A stretch of DNA of 63,426 bases, filler included, from Reticulomyxa filosa (taxonomy: Eukaryota > Protista > Foraminifera): the NCBI GenBank assembly GCA_000512085.1. It is 18 parts of 18 records of this genome, joined end to end, with 100 filler letters (N's around TTAATTAATTAA, not from the genome) between each part and the next. Parts side by side here need not be neighbours in the genome. Positions count along the whole stretch, not along the records: positions 1 to 2,252 come from ASPP01003181.1; positions 2,353 to 3,958 come from ASPP01021648.1; positions 4,059 to 5,460 come from ASPP01014571.1; positions 5,561 to 8,026 come from ASPP01039013.1; positions 8,127 to 12,751 come from ASPP01037834.1; 13 more parts are not named here. The stretch is one strand, 5' to 3'. A model generated the notes under the pieces. That model did no database searches, had not been told where the DNA came from, and saw only the letters and a list, made by a program, of their open reading frames with translations. Positions within the stretch are counted from its first letter, which is position 1. Each line of letters begins with the position of its first letter. This document shows positions 1 to 12,369 of this stretch, piece after piece. The position numbers and the translations under genes are program-made.

Positions 1-741
1 CTTTTCCCTTCCTTTGCTTTTTTTTAATGCCCTTTTTGTTTTGACACAATTTTTTTTTAGTGTTGAACTGTTGCGTTAGGACTGAAGTTTGCTCAATGTT
101 GAAAAAAATTTAGTGCAAGTTATGAAGTTTGCGTAAATGTAAGCTGACATTTAATCATAAAACATTAAAAATTAGTTTTAGAAGCATAATCGTGTGATGT
201 CAAATTTGTTTCTATTTGTTTTGCTTTTTTTTGGTTAGACATTAACGGAGAAAATTGTATAAGATTATGTGAATGGATATTTTGTTACTTATGTCTGTAC
301 GTTTATTGTTTTTTACGTGCTCATTTTTTTGATTGTATTAAACATTAACTCTTTTGTGTGGAAACACCACGTAAGGAGACATGTTATTGGAATCCGTGCA
401 TATTAATCTCCAGCATTTTTGGCTTTTGAGTAAAAGCATTTAATATTTTTTTAAAATATATCTAATTCAATTATTGGTCATATTCCAGGAATCTAGTTTT
501 CTGATATTCGTATAATTCTTTTTGATACCAAATGAATAGCTTTATCTATTATACGATTGCTTCAAAATCTTCAACAGTTTTCCGTAGTTGTGAGTTGTTG
601 TTACGATTTCGTTATTATTGTTATTGTTGTCATTAGTTGTGTATATGAAATTTTCGTCATATCATTATCATAATCATCTCCAAAATGTCATTTGTTCTTC
701 ATCAAATGAAAAACCATTCATTTTTATTTCAAACATAATAG

Positions 742-855
742 ACCATTACAAAAAATGAAATAAAATTGATTATTGAATATTGGACTCAAACTTCAAAAAT
801 AAAATTAGGATGGATCGATGATTTTGATAAGATTATTATGAAATACAGTATATGA
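742..855 (+). pseudogene. Orphan exon encoding the 'IIxxW...LGWIDDFDKII' module
   Basis: After the TAG acceptor it reads TITKNEIKLIIEYWTQTSKIKLGWIDDFDKIIMKYSI*, which matches 55002-55103 and 21408-21512. No intact upstream exons seen. Confidence 0.7.
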
Positions 856-2252
856 TAAATTTTGAAGAAGTGCAATAAATATTTGTTAAATATGATTTTG
901 TTTTTGGTTTTATTTCATAAAAAAAATTCTTCAAATACGTAATATGAATGCATTGTCTTTTTATGTTTCAAGTGATCATTCTAGTGTTTCTTATTACTTC
1001 GGACTTGGTCGACGTCCTGATAAAGTCACTTTGTTTATTTGACTGGCAACAGTGAGCAATTGCAGACGAGCGTCCTGAGCGAGCTGAAGCAGACCATGAA
1101 TGTCATCAACGAAAGCATGTACGCACTTGCAACTTATGAAACTTGAACTGGAGGCAGCGCAAGAAGAACTTAGAGCCCAAATCTGGCAAAAGCGATGATC
1201 CCTTGACGACAATATCAGCATTAACAGCAACAGCAGCACAGTGGGTAATGGCTCCAGGACATGATGAAAAGAATAGCAACAACGCTAGGATCAGTCGAGA
1301 TTATTGAAAAGAGTGAGAAACGTGTTGTACAAAGACATGAATGAGCTGTAAAACGAATATCGAAAATGAAGTCCGCTTTGTGATCGATGTTGCGAACGAA
1401 ATGAATGAATGCCATTCTGCAAGTGAGTGGACATGATTGGTCCGATACGCGCTACGTTACTAAGTTGGAGAAGCAATCAACATGCAGCACGATAAAATGC
1501 TACGTTGCACGCATGCACATTTATTTCAAACCTCTGTCAGGTGCTAAGATATACACGCAACAGCGATGGATTTACATGCGATGCTTGAGAGAGTATGCAA
1601 ATAAGGTGAGAAAGACATTGAAGAGATAAAATCAGATTTATATTATCGCAACAGTAAACAGGCAACTGAACAGAACATTGCCTTGATCCGCAATTCACAA
1701 AGTGCCGAACACTGTCCCAAAAAAAAATGAGACAATGCTACAACTTGCGAGTTCAACTTGAAAAAGATCCAACTTCTCTTTTGAAACGCAAAAATAAGAA
1801 ACGAAAATTAAACAAAAAATTAGAAAAATTGAAACGTATACAATAAGGCATCACTAAACAATCACCAATACTCTCCAAATGTGTTTTTTTACCCATCCCT
1901 TTATGCAGGGAAAGTGACAAACGAAAGGGCAAACTCGAACATGTTCAACAAACAGTAGCTAAAATTATTAATTTGAACATTACAGAAGCAACTTTTATTG
2001 TTTTTTTGTTATGATATCAGCAAGATTAACTAACTCAACACGATTTATTTTTAAGCAGAATTTATCTCGTTTATTATTTCTAGTAGCACTTGAGCAAAGA
2101 TAGATTATTCAAAAAAATAAGTATTTTTAAATTACAAGCCAAAAAACTGACACGCAATGGCAAAAAAAAATCATTTAAATTATAACATTCTTAACATAAA
2201 AATCGCTTTGCCGTCATTTATTTTTGCTATTGATTTTTTCAATAAATTTTTG

Positions 2253-2352
2253 NNNNNNNNNNNNNNNNNNNNNNNNNNNNNNNNNNNNNNNNNNNNTTAA
2301 TTAATTAANNNNNNNNNNNNNNNNNNNNNNNNNNNNNNNNNNNNNNNNNNNN
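2253..2352. other. Artificial contig spacer (first of 17)
   Basis: N44-TTAATTAATTAA-N44, stops in all six frames. Repeated at 3959, 5461, 8027, 12752, 15013, 16444, 17838, 21223, 31092, 35348, 36829, 38547, 47802, 53939, 57414 and 61951. Confidence 0.99.
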
Positions 2353-2361
2353 AAAAAAAAG

Positions 2362-2744
2362 GCATTAAATACAATGTGGAACATATCACGAGGTTCAACG
2401 CGTCCCAAGGATCCCAGTACTTCCGATCTTTTGGACAAAGACTTGGGATGTTTTCATCACTGCATCGGGCTTGCCCTTCGGAAGAAAGGAAAGTTTGAAA
2501 AAGCAATCCCTTATCACGAAAAAGGACTCAAAATTCTTCGCCGAAATTTGAATTTGCTTGGAGTAGATGCTGAAATCGGTGCTGGTTACAAGAGTCTGGG
2601 CATTGCCTATGAAAAAACTGGAACAAAACCAAAGCTATTGAAAATTACGAAAATGCTGTATTCACATTTCACGCAAGATTTGGGGCTACATATAAAAAGA
2701 CGTTGGCTGCAGTCGCAAGGTTGAAAAGGATAAAAGAAAGTTGA
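2362..2744 (+). CDS. TPR-repeat protein (kinesin-light-chain-type TPR), last exon, 1-nt frameshift near 2612-2624
   Basis: IGLALRKKGKFEKAIPYHEKGLKI and GYKSLGIAYEK, continuing in a shifted frame as NKTKAIENYENAVFTFHARFGATYKKT...KES*. Confidence 0.7.
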
Positions 2745-3162
2745 AAATCTACAATGATGAAGATCTTCGTTCACTTGAAAAAAAAAAAAGGGGTCATTTA
2801 AACTCTTCAAAGAAAACCAACTACTGCCAAAACTGACATTTTATTGGTATTATCTCCTCATTGCGGCCTAAACACATTTCCTGACTTACAGTTTCAATGA
2901 AGTAACCAACAAAAGTATATTTCGACTTATGAAATTTTTCTCTTTTAGTAAATTGAAAATATAAATAGGTATTTGCAAAACTAAAATAATATCTTAGTTT
3001 AAAATCTCATAATGAACAAAGCAGTTCGTCAAAACGACAAGTTCAGCAAAAGCGTTTTTTTCCCAATCCCATACCATCAAAAAAAAATCTTATATAAGTA
3101 ATTTGTTTTTGTGCTAAAATGATACCCGAAAGTGTCAAGCCGAGGAAAGTGTTGTCAGGGAC

Positions 3163-3360
3163 ATGACAATTCTTTTTCAAAGCTTGACCAGTTTGCCAAC
3201 CCCACTTGAAAGTGGTCAATGTGTGACGCACAAACACGAAATTTTGATTTGCGGAGGTGCGTACCAAAGAGAATGTTATTCGTATGATGTCCTCAAAGAC
3301 AAATACAAGTATATATGTTCTTATCCAAGCGACGTTACATTATACGAATCTTTTGACTAA
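3163..3360 (+). pseudogene. Truncated Kelch-like propeller gene, paralog of 21408-22777
   Basis: LTSLPTPLESGQCVTHKHEILICGGAYQRECYSY...ICSYPSDVTL aligns with LTSLPTPLSLCQCVTYKQEIIICGGADKRVCYSY...ICSYPNDVRL. Similarity stops abruptly and a stop follows. Confidence 0.8.
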
Positions 3361-4209
3361 ACAAATTGAGAAACAAAAAAACAAAAATTGAACGGTTAAC
3401 TTAGCATTGCATGCAAAGATTTTTGAATAACCACTTTTTAGTGGACTGTACGTTTCTAAAATGAAGCACTTCTTTTTAAAGTTCGTGCACTACATCACCC
3501 TGTCGAACTTGGGGTAGTGCTTGGACGTTAGTTTTGCCAATAAGCCTCATATCTATTGTTTTTGTGAGCTGTGAACAAAAGCAATAATTTTCTTGTTTAC
3601 TTTTGCGAACTGAGTTAAACAAGTTCGCTCCACAGCTGAGGTCACTAAACGCACGAGGCAGTTCTTAGACTTTAAGGCTTTCAAACAAAGCAACGACTTG
3701 TTCATTATGTCTGGAGTTCAATACAATTGTTAGCCCAACAATGGCGTCTTTTCTCATGTGCAAATTTAACCATATTCTCCTTTTGCAATGAAAATGATTC
3801 GTCAAGCACTTCTCAGCATTTAGTTTTGGTTTTACGCGAACTATAAAAGAAAAAAGGATTAAAACTGGCAATCACTGATTGAATATTGTGGGCACAAGAG
3901 ACATCGAAATTACGAAAAAACCACCAAAAGAGTACTGATAAAATATTTAGATGTACTGNNNNNNNNNNNNNNNNNNNNNNNNNNNNNNNNNNNNNNNNNN
4001 NNTTAATTAATTAANNNNNNNNNNNNNNNNNNNNNNNNNNNNNNNNNNNNNNNNNNNNGCAAATAATTTAATGATCATGAAATGAGTGTTTCTTATGTGG
4101 TGATATTTGAATGGCCCCCCCCACACTTGTGGCGAATTAGGATAAATCTCATTATCATCTTTGCTATATTTTGACTGATTTTGATTCATCCTTTTTGATA
4201 TCCTTGTCT

Positions 4210-5370
4210 TCATTGACAACGCTTCCTCCAGTCATAGTGTTGACATCCTACTCGTCCAGTTCCACTCCAAGATAGTATTTGTCGGTACTCTCTCTCTCTC
4301 TCTCTCAATTTAATCAAAGGCTCCATGTAGTCGACGATGCTAATGCGACCACCTTGCACGCGGAACTTGTTCACATGCACAAATTCGCGATTGGACTGCA
4401 TCGCTACATACAAATTCAAGTTCGGACAATTACGAAAGATACTTTATAAATGTGTTTTGTAGTCATGTCTCGTCAAAAAATTATTTTTGCCATCATGGCC
4501 TTGAACGAGTGGCTCTTATTCAAATTGGTTCCAATGCTTTCATTTTTATTGATTCCTTTCATATATGTATATGTACATATATATTTTTTTTTGTTTTATG
4601 TCATTTGCTCATTTGAATAAACAAAACAAAATTATAAATGGATAATACTCCTTGTTCAGCAGATAAGTTACTTTTAAGTTGGAAGGGGGGGATCTTCAAA
4701 ACCTTGCTAATGTCTTTGGTTTTGCAACTGAAGTACCACTTTCTATTTTTCGATCCGACAAACTTTTCGCCTTTGTCAGAGTATTTTGATAACCTAAAAC
4801 TCAAAATAATGTGTTCTCAAAATAATATCTCAACTCCTTCAATCCATTCTTCAACACAATAATTCTTGTTTCTTGCTTGCACGTACATTTTCACTATCGC
4901 GATTTGCATTCAAAGTATCTTTTTTATTCAGTCATCACATAAGATTGTTTTGTTAATACACCATATACATTCTATACTAACATTTCTCTTCTCTTCTTTT
5001 CAAAACAAAATAAAACAAAACAAAACAAAAATTTTGCATTGCCTTCATTTGCAATATACTTAAGTAGTTCCAACCCTACAATTGGCATATCTAATATGTT
5101 GGCTTGTCCAATATGGATATATAAATCTTCTTTTTGGATATACCCAAATTTGGGACGCTTAAAAAGCTGAGAAAATGTTTAGATGAAAGAAAAAAATATT
5201 AGACTGATCCGTGCTTTTGTCTTTAAGCAAGATATAATCGCCCATTTCGAGAATACTTCTTCATTGTGATTGTCTCCCTTGTGACAAACAAGCCATACTT
5301 TTCTTTGGTGCTAAAGTAATTGTTGAATTCGTTCGAATCAATCGTCTTTCTCAATTTATTTGATTACACC
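4210..5370 (-). pseudogene. Degenerate multi-exon gene remnant, family unknown
   Basis: Coding-like blocks (NLYVAMQSNREFVHVNKF; LFKRPKFGYIQKEDLYIHIG) broken by stops and frameshifts. Confidence 0.3.
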
Positions 5371-6193
5371 TGCAAAAAGTCAACAGATTCTTTTTTTTTT
5401 TAAGTTGTCAAAAATTGATATACAATTTAACAAATGAAAACTGGAAAAAAAAAAAAAAAANNNNNNNNNNNNNNNNNNNNNNNNNNNNNNNNNNNNNNNN
5501 NNNNTTAATTAATTAANNNNNNNNNNNNNNNNNNNNNNNNNNNNNNNNNNNNNNNNNNNNCCGAACTTCAAGGCTGGCTAACCTAAACGTTTTCTAGATT
5601 TATGATTTTGTCAAAAAAGCTTTTTGTGCGCACTTACCTTCAATAGCTGTAAAAAGCATAGCTGATAGTGCAAACTGGGAAAAAAATCACATGGGATAAG
5701 GATTCGGAATTATGCTGGAAACACTTCTACATAAACTCTCTGATTAAACGATATCAGTTTTGAAGCATCTAATTATTAATAAACCTCTAAATATTAGCAT
5801 TATCTACAGCAAAAGAAGTTGGTTACTTACATTTGGCAAAGTAACGATCAATGCATTGCTGAAAAAAGCACAATCCATCCCACAAAAAAAGGAAAAAAGG
5901 TAAGAAAAAATATTTCAAAAGTATAAAAACGTTGCTAAAGAAAAAATTTGAGAAAATCTGTTTTTGATGGAGAGATGACAAAAAGTTGCGAAGTACTGTT
6001 TGAGATGACATTTTTGTATTGTACCACTTATACGCTCTGTTTTTATTTATACTCAGTCAATCCACAAGTGCGCTAGTGAGCTGGATTTTCGAAAAACCAA
6101 CTCAAACCTCTCCCTTTCTGCTTGTTTCTTCCTTCTTATTTTTTTGTTACTTTTTTATCGTAGAAACTTCAAAAGAGTGCGGATAATATCAGA

Positions 6194-7473
6194 ATGACAA
6201 GCGGTTTGTCAAAATGTATTTTAATTTTTCTTCATAACTGCTGTTTTTGACTCTGTCTCTTTGCAAATGTTTGACTGTCAAACATAATCATCAGAACCAA
6301 AGAATGTCGATGTATTGTTAGCGTGGATTAATTCGTTTTTGGTGGTAAATGTGAAAACAATCAAAGAAATGAAGACAGGTGCACTTTATTGCAACCTGTT
6401 TGCTGTGTTCTATCCCGATCACATTCAAATGACAAAAGTGGACTTCATTTGCAAGAAAGAGAGAAACATCAAAAAAAACTGGGAAATATTGCAGGAGGCT
6501 TTCCAGAACGTGATGATTCACAGAGTTTTGTAAGAAATGGACCTTTGTGTATTGAGCGTTCAATTGTATTTGTACGGTTGAAAAAGCAAATAACGTAACC
6601 AGGGATTCTTTTTAAGCATACGTATATGCGAAAATAGAGAATACATTATAAATATTTACAGGATATTCCTATAAACGAATTAATTCAAGGTCATGAAAAC
6701 GAACATTTAAAACTGTTGCAGTGGGCGTACGACTACTTCCATAGTAAAAAAATGATATGCAATGCTGTTGATGCACGTTCAAATTCCAATGGAGGAAGAA
6801 ACTTCCACCAACAAAGCGAAAATAATGACGGCGAATCAACTGTGCCACAAGATACTTTTGTTGAGGTCCCCGAAGAATTAAATAGCTCACAGGTACAAAC
6901 AAAAAAAAGCAATTTTAGAATGACACTTTTTACTTCTAAAAAGTACTGTAAAGTAGTCTTCACAATATGATAATGTTTTACATTCAATTACCTTAATAGA
7001 AAGATGCAAAGATAAACGAGGACGATGACTCTAAAAACAACGATACAAACTCCGTGCCATATGACCCTGTAGAACATCTGAAAAAATTTTCTTCTGCTCT
7101 TAATCAACGCCACGAAAAGGCAGAGGACGAATTAAACGTACGAAATTTTTTTTAAAATAAACTTTAAGCTTAGTATGCGTTGAATATATTTTTTGTAACT
7201 GTACGTGAAAAAAACAATACAGTGCTTGCGCCGTGAGCGAACATTGCATCTTCGCACATTTACCGAGATCGCAAAGATATGCAATGGATATCATGACCAG
7301 AATTTACCTTTGGTGAAACAAATAAATCAAGTTGCGTATTATATTTTTGCATTTTTTTTTCAGATTTCATTTTATATTGGCAAAGATGTCCATCACATAA
7401 AAAATTAAAAACAAAGTGCTTATTCAATATTAATATTTCTGACGAAAATGCGGCTCCAACTGAAACTGAATAA
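6194..7473 (+). CDS. Divergent EB1/MAPRE microtubule end-binding protein, about 6 exons
   Basis: CH domain LLAWINSFL...GALYCNLFAVFYPDHIQMTKVDF...KNWEILQEAF|DIPINELIQGHENEHLKLLQWAYDYF; EBH-like LRRERTLHLRTFTEIAKICNG...LPLVKQINQ; GT-AG introns. Confidence 0.8.
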
Positions 7474-8126
7474 TTTGTCCGAGTGAAGAGCTTATTTTAT
7501 TTAATCCACTAAGGCAACCAAGCATGTGACAACAAAAAAACTACGGGCTGATGTCTTTTTGTTGCTTATTCTTTTTTTTTCAAATTGCCTTTTTTCAAAA
7601 TTTTTTTTTCTTAGTTGAGTATTTAGGAGTAATTTTTCTTTTTTGGTTATGGTTTTTGCTGTTGATAGACTAGTCTCAGCATTGGTCGGTTTTTTTTGTT
7701 ACAGAATAAAGCCAGTTTTAGAAAAATGCAATTGGTGACTCTAAAAAAAACATAGCAACAAAACGTAGTACTGTAATTCACAGCATAATACACAAAAGTA
7801 GGATATTAGTTTTTTGTTATTCCTCCATTAGATTCTTTGTTTTTTTGCTGTTGAGTTTCCTGTTTGACAAAGGGAATAAAAGAGTTTGTAATATAAATCA
7901 GAAAGATGCGAAACAAAGTTTTGGATTGGACAAAAATTCACAAACCTGCGCTTGGAGTGATATTTTGTGGTCTGCTCTTGAAGGTTCAATAAAGAATGCT
8001 CATCTTCTATTTAACAGATAAAAAAANNNNNNNNNNNNNNNNNNNNNNNNNNNNNNNNNNNNNNNNNNNNTTAATTAATTAANNNNNNNNNNNNNNNNNN
8101 NNNNNNNNNNNNNNNNNNNNNNNNNN

Positions 8127-8252
8127 AATTTCTTGCCCACCTTATAAAAGCTTGGTCGAAATTCTCCATAAAAGATAGGTATAGACACACTAGGATATCC
8201 ACACTCTCTGCCATAAAACTGATTGTCATAAACCCTTAACTTGACGCGTATG
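8127..8252 (+). mobile_element. Right end of an IS4-family (IS231-like) element with the transposase C-terminus
   Basis: Open frame FLAHLIKAWSKFSIKDRYRHTRISTLSAIKLIVINP* ends inside CTTAACTTGACGCGTATG (8235-8252). Its reverse complement CATACGCGTCAAGTTAAG resembles IS231-type IRs (CAT...TCAAnTTAAG). Confidence 0.65.
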
Positions 8253-8888
8253 ATCTATTAACTCCTGCCACTGCATTAATTGCATATATGCTGCAATTGT
8301 AATTTGCATTAACCACTCACTTTGATTACATTTCTTTAACTCTTTACTATAGTCAATTATCTCTTGATAATTCCCTTCTCTTTCAGCGATTGAGATTAAA
8401 CCTTCCAACCCAGTAATTTTTGTGTTTTCAAATTGAGTTAATTTTATTAATGCAGCTTTAATTTCATTTATATCTTCTTTTAACATGCAGACTTCAGTAT
8501 TTAATAAATTAACTAAATCTCTAGGCATACCTGCTTTATCCAGCCTTAGCATTAGTTTTCTAGCCTTATTATAGTCATGAGAAGAAATCGCAATTAATAA
8601 CTCTTCTAGCTTCGCTAGAATATCAATTTTAAAAATATTGCTTATAGAAAAAGGAAGATAAATTATTTTAAAAATTATATTTTTGAAAATACTCAATATA
8701 ACAAACGATAAAATTAAACTTAATATGAATAGTGAAACGGATATATCTATATGGTAATTAAATAGCTCTATACTTATATTACCGCTATTTTGTGATATCC
8801 ATATTAAACTTAAACTAAAGAATAAAATTGCACTCAAAACCCAAAAAGTTATCCAAAAAAATTTAATCATTTTGAACAATTCCTTCAA
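8226..8888 (-). pseudogene. hemY: HemY-like membrane/TPR protein, truncated by the IS at 8252
   Basis: Two N-terminal TMs around NSGNISIELFNYHIDIS, then a helical TPR-like region. It lies downstream of the Mic60-like gene, and its last codons come from the IS end. Confidence 0.65.
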
Positions 8889-9645
8889 TGATAAGATTTA
8901 AATTTTTATCTAGATCTGCGCGAGTTTTTAACAAAGATATCAAATCATTTATTTCTGGGCTCTTACTCTCTATTTCAAGCAATATATTCAAAGCAAAAAC
9001 AATATCATTGTTTTGAATAGCTTTTTTAGCCATTCCTAAGCCCCGCATAATGCTTCTTTCTGAGATATATTCTTCTACTTTCATTATTCTTATAGATTTA
9101 CTCAATAGACTTTCAATTTTTTGTAAGTAGGTTTTATCAAATACAGAATTATCAACAATTTTAATGCGTTCTAAAGTTTCCAAAAGCTCTATATTACTTT
9201 TAAGATTTGAAGCTATAATATTATTAATTTCATTTCCAACTTCTTTTAAATCACCTTTAATTAAAGAATTTAATCGCTGAATGTCTTGATTGATATTATT
9301 AGTAGTAGTTAATTTTGATTTAATAAGAAAAGTAATCTTTAAAATTTCAAATTTGTTAGATCTTTTTATAATTTCTTCACTGGTATTCTTTGGAGCATCT
9401 TTAAAAGCTTGTAATATCTCTTCTAACAATGTTTGTTGTGATTTGATACTATACAATTCCTCATTCACTTTATGAAATGTGTCGCTTTGTGAACCTAAAT
9501 AAACCTTTATTAAGTTAACCTGATTAATCAGATAGAAAAAAATAATAATAGAAAATATCAATAGTATACTGTTCAAAACTGAACTAAATTCTACAGTTTT
9601 ACTGGTTTTAATTGGTGGTTCAAACCCAGGAGAAGTATTCGCCAT
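8863..9645 (-). CDS. Alphaproteobacterial Mic60/mitofilin-like (COG4223) membrane protein
   Basis: N-terminal TM, coiled coil, and C-terminal GLGMAKKAIQNNDIVFALNILLEI...LLKTRADLD resembling the mitofilin domain; overlaps the hemY start. Confidence 0.6.
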   Translation of the reverse strand: MANTSPGFEPPIKTSKTVEFSSVLNSILLIFSIIIFFYLINQVNLIKVYLGSQSDTFHKVNEELYSIKSQQTLLEEILQAFKDAPKNTSEEIIKRSNKFEILKITFLIKSKLTTTNNINQDIQRLNSLIKGDLKEVGNEINNIIASNLKSNIELLETLERIKIVDNSVFDKTYLQKIESLLSKSIRIMKVEEYISERSIMRGLGMAKKAIQNNDIVFALNILLEIESKSPEINDLISLLKTRADLDKNLNLIIEGIVQND

Positions 9646-9662
9646 TTAACACCTATAATATG

Positions 9663-10709
9663 TTAAAAGATACAGAAAGAATTTATAAATAAACTATTTT
9701 TATCTAAACTTGGAGCTTCCGGTTCTTTTTTTATATTTTGATTAACATTTGAATTATCAACTTTGATTGGCTTATCAGACGCAGTAGTTTTTTCCTTATC
9801 TGCATTAATTGTTGCAGATTCCTTTGGGGGGGAATTACTTTCCAGATTAGGCAAGCTTTGCTCAGTTGCTTTATTAGTTTGTGTAGAAGTAGTTTTAACT
9901 TCAACATTAGATGCCGTAGCTATTTTAGCTTGATTAATTTTAGCCACAAATTGTTCAAAACTTATAACGCCTGGGATCAACTCACCATTAATTATATATC
10001 CTGGAGTACCTCTTATCCCAAGTTCTCCAGCTAAATTTTGCGTAGCATTTATTACTTCGTTTAACTTTGGATTTTTTAATTCTTCTTTCAATTTTATAAG
10101 ATCTATACCTAGAGTTCCAGCAGTATTGATTAAACTTTCTTCGGTTCTATTATTACTTTTAAGCAATGCTATATGGAATGGTAGATATTTTGATTTATCA
10201 ATATTATACACTGCAAGCGCGGCTTTAGATGCTATAGTTGAAGCTTCTCCCATAATCGGCAATTCTTTGAAAATGTATTGAATATCAGGGTTTTGTTCAA
10301 TAATTTTGCTTTTTACATTAGCCATGTGTTTGCAATAACCACAATTATAATCAAAGAATTCTATTACTTTTACTTTTGCGGTATCAGGACCAACCTTAGG
10401 ATCATTAGAATTATTTTCAATTACAGCGATTTTTTCTTTAACATTTTTCTTTGCTTGCTCCATTGCATCTTGCATCTTTTTTATCTGACACTCTTGAACA
10501 GCTTGGATAATCAATTCTGGATTTTCTTTGATTGTAGATTTAACTAAATCTACAATTCCTTGTTTATTAGAAACTTTTCCATTTTTAATAACAAACCTTT
10601 CGGAAGCAACTTTTTCGGCAGTTTCCTGAGTGTAGTTGATATAAGCGAACGCTAGAAAACCTAAAAATCCTAACATAAAAATATAACTTGCGATAATCCT
10701 ATAATTCAT
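9663..10709 (-). CDS. dsbA: DsbA/Com1 (ScsC-like) disulfide oxidoreductase with a low-complexity tail
   Basis: EFFDYNCGYCK, FKELPI, GIRGTPGYIINGELIPG, IKENPELI and an N-terminal anchor. Confidence 0.92.
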   Translation of the reverse strand: MNYRIIASYIFMLGFLGFLAFAYINYTQETAEKVASERFVIKNGKVSNKQGIVDLVKSTIKENPELIIQAVQECQIKKMQDAMEQAKKNVKEKIAVIENNSNDPKVGPDTAKVKVIEFFDYNCGYCKHMANVKSKIIEQNPDIQYIFKELPIMGEASTIASKAALAVYNIDKSKYLPFHIALLKSNNRTEESLINTAGTLGIDLIKLKEELKNPKLNEVINATQNLAGELGIRGTPGYIINGELIPGVISFEQFVAKINQAKIATASNVEVKTTSTQTNKATEQSLPNLESNSPPKESATINADKEKTTASDKPIKVDNSNVNQNIKKEPEAPSLDKNSLFINSFCIF

Positions 10710-10776
10710 AATTTTGCCTTTAGTTCTTTGATTATTAAATAATTTGAAATAAATTTACGCAAATATCAAGCCAATT

Positions 10777-12098
10777 TTAATACTTCTCTAATTCTTGCTT
10801 AACTTCAAAATAAGCATTTGCAAAAAATTTATCTTTAATCTGATCATGAGAAATATTTTTCTCAATCGTATTTATAAATTTTTTTGCAACTTTAAATTGC
10901 TTGATAATCGTATATGCTTTAGCCAAAGCGATTTGAGAATAAAGGCTTTGTTGATCTTTACCAAGAGCTATACCTAATATTCTCCAATTATTATAATTTT
11001 CCCTATCGTATTCAACTGTTGATCTTACAAGGCTTATCGCTTTACTTAAAAAAGCTTTCTCTTTACTTGCGATCATTGCAGCAGCAAGTTCTACTTTAAA
11101 AATGGATGAATTAGGCTTTGCTTTTAAAGCATTCTCATAAAGGATAATTGATTCTTTGACTTTACCGAATTCATATAAAAATTGCCCTTTTAATTCGTTA
11201 TAATAGGGATTATTTGGATCTTTAATTAACAATTTATCAATTAATGATATCGCCTGAGGTAGATTACCCATTTTATAATTAGCAATGGATTGAGCATATA
11301 AATCAGCTTTGGAGCTTCCACTATATTTTTTAAACGTCCTATTAAATTTTTCAGTAAATGCAAATGTCTTTGCAACCACCATTTCATAATTATTATTAAT
11401 TTCTTGCATTTCCAATGCACCATCATGCTTATATTCAGATCGCTTAATTAAACTTATCCTTTCTTTTGATACAGGGTGAGTAAGCATATATGGATTTACT
11501 TCCTTAAAAAATACCCTTTGATTAGTATTAAAATATTTAAGAAGGTTAACTAAGCCCTCTGAACTTGCATGGATTACATTTAAAAACTTTAAAGCTGCAA
11601 TATCAGCTTCTAATTCCTGAGTGCGTGAATGCGCAAGCAGCTTCATTTGCGCCGCGTGTGCTCCTCCTGAAATAACTCCTAATGCTGCTTCAGGATTCTT
11701 TGCTAATAAACCTGCAGCTGCGCCTAATATAAAAGTAGCTAACATTTGAGTTTTTGCTATTTCAGAATTCGCACCTCGCTCGGTAATATGCCTTGAAGCT
11801 ATATGTCCGCACTCATGTGCAATCACCCCCATAAGCACCGAAGGATCGTTTGAGAAAGTAATTAAATCAGAAGTGATAAATATATTCTTATTATCAGTTA
11901 CAAAAGCATTGATATCTTTACTTTGAATTACATTAATCTTTAACTCATTGCTGTCTAATTTTGCAGCTTTAAAGATAGGAACAGCAATTTTACGAATAAC
12001 TTCGTCTAGCTCTTCATCTATTATTATACTTTGAGCAAATGCTGTATGCGAAGCTAATGTAAAAATTAAAAAGAAAATTTTTTAATAAATTTAAACAT
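10777..12098 (-). CDS. bepA: M48 metalloprotease with TPR (BepA/YfgC); 1-nt frameshift in the A6 run at 12078-12083
   Basis: DINAFVT, AHECGH, SRTQELEAD, MLTHPVSKERI and a TPR tail. One extra A restores the signal peptide MFKFIKKIFFLIFTLASHTAFAQ. The ORF track start (11838) is too far downstream. Confidence 0.9.
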
Positions 12099-12209
12099 CA
12101 ATAAATAGATAAATTTATATATTTCATTAAGTGTAGACGATATAAATAGCTTCAACAACTATAATCTACTGCATGCACTCATTCACAAATCACACTTTTA
12201 AAAAATTGC

Positions 12210-12369
12210 TCATAATTCGCTTTCTAAATACAAATAGTCACCATGGGCATTTTTGAATACTATCGAAGCTTCATTAGTATATATTTCAGCAAAATGATAT
12301 ATATCAAAAGTTTTTGATTCACGTGCTGGATTAAAAGAATAAAAGGATTGGCATTTAGTGTGATAAAAA
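12210..12369 (-). pseudogene. Probable 3' remnant of a gene cut by IS3
   Basis: 52-codon open frame FYHTKCQSFYSFNPARESKTFDIYHFAEIYTNEASIVFKNAHGDYLYLESEL*, running up to the IS end without its own start. Confidence 0.4.
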
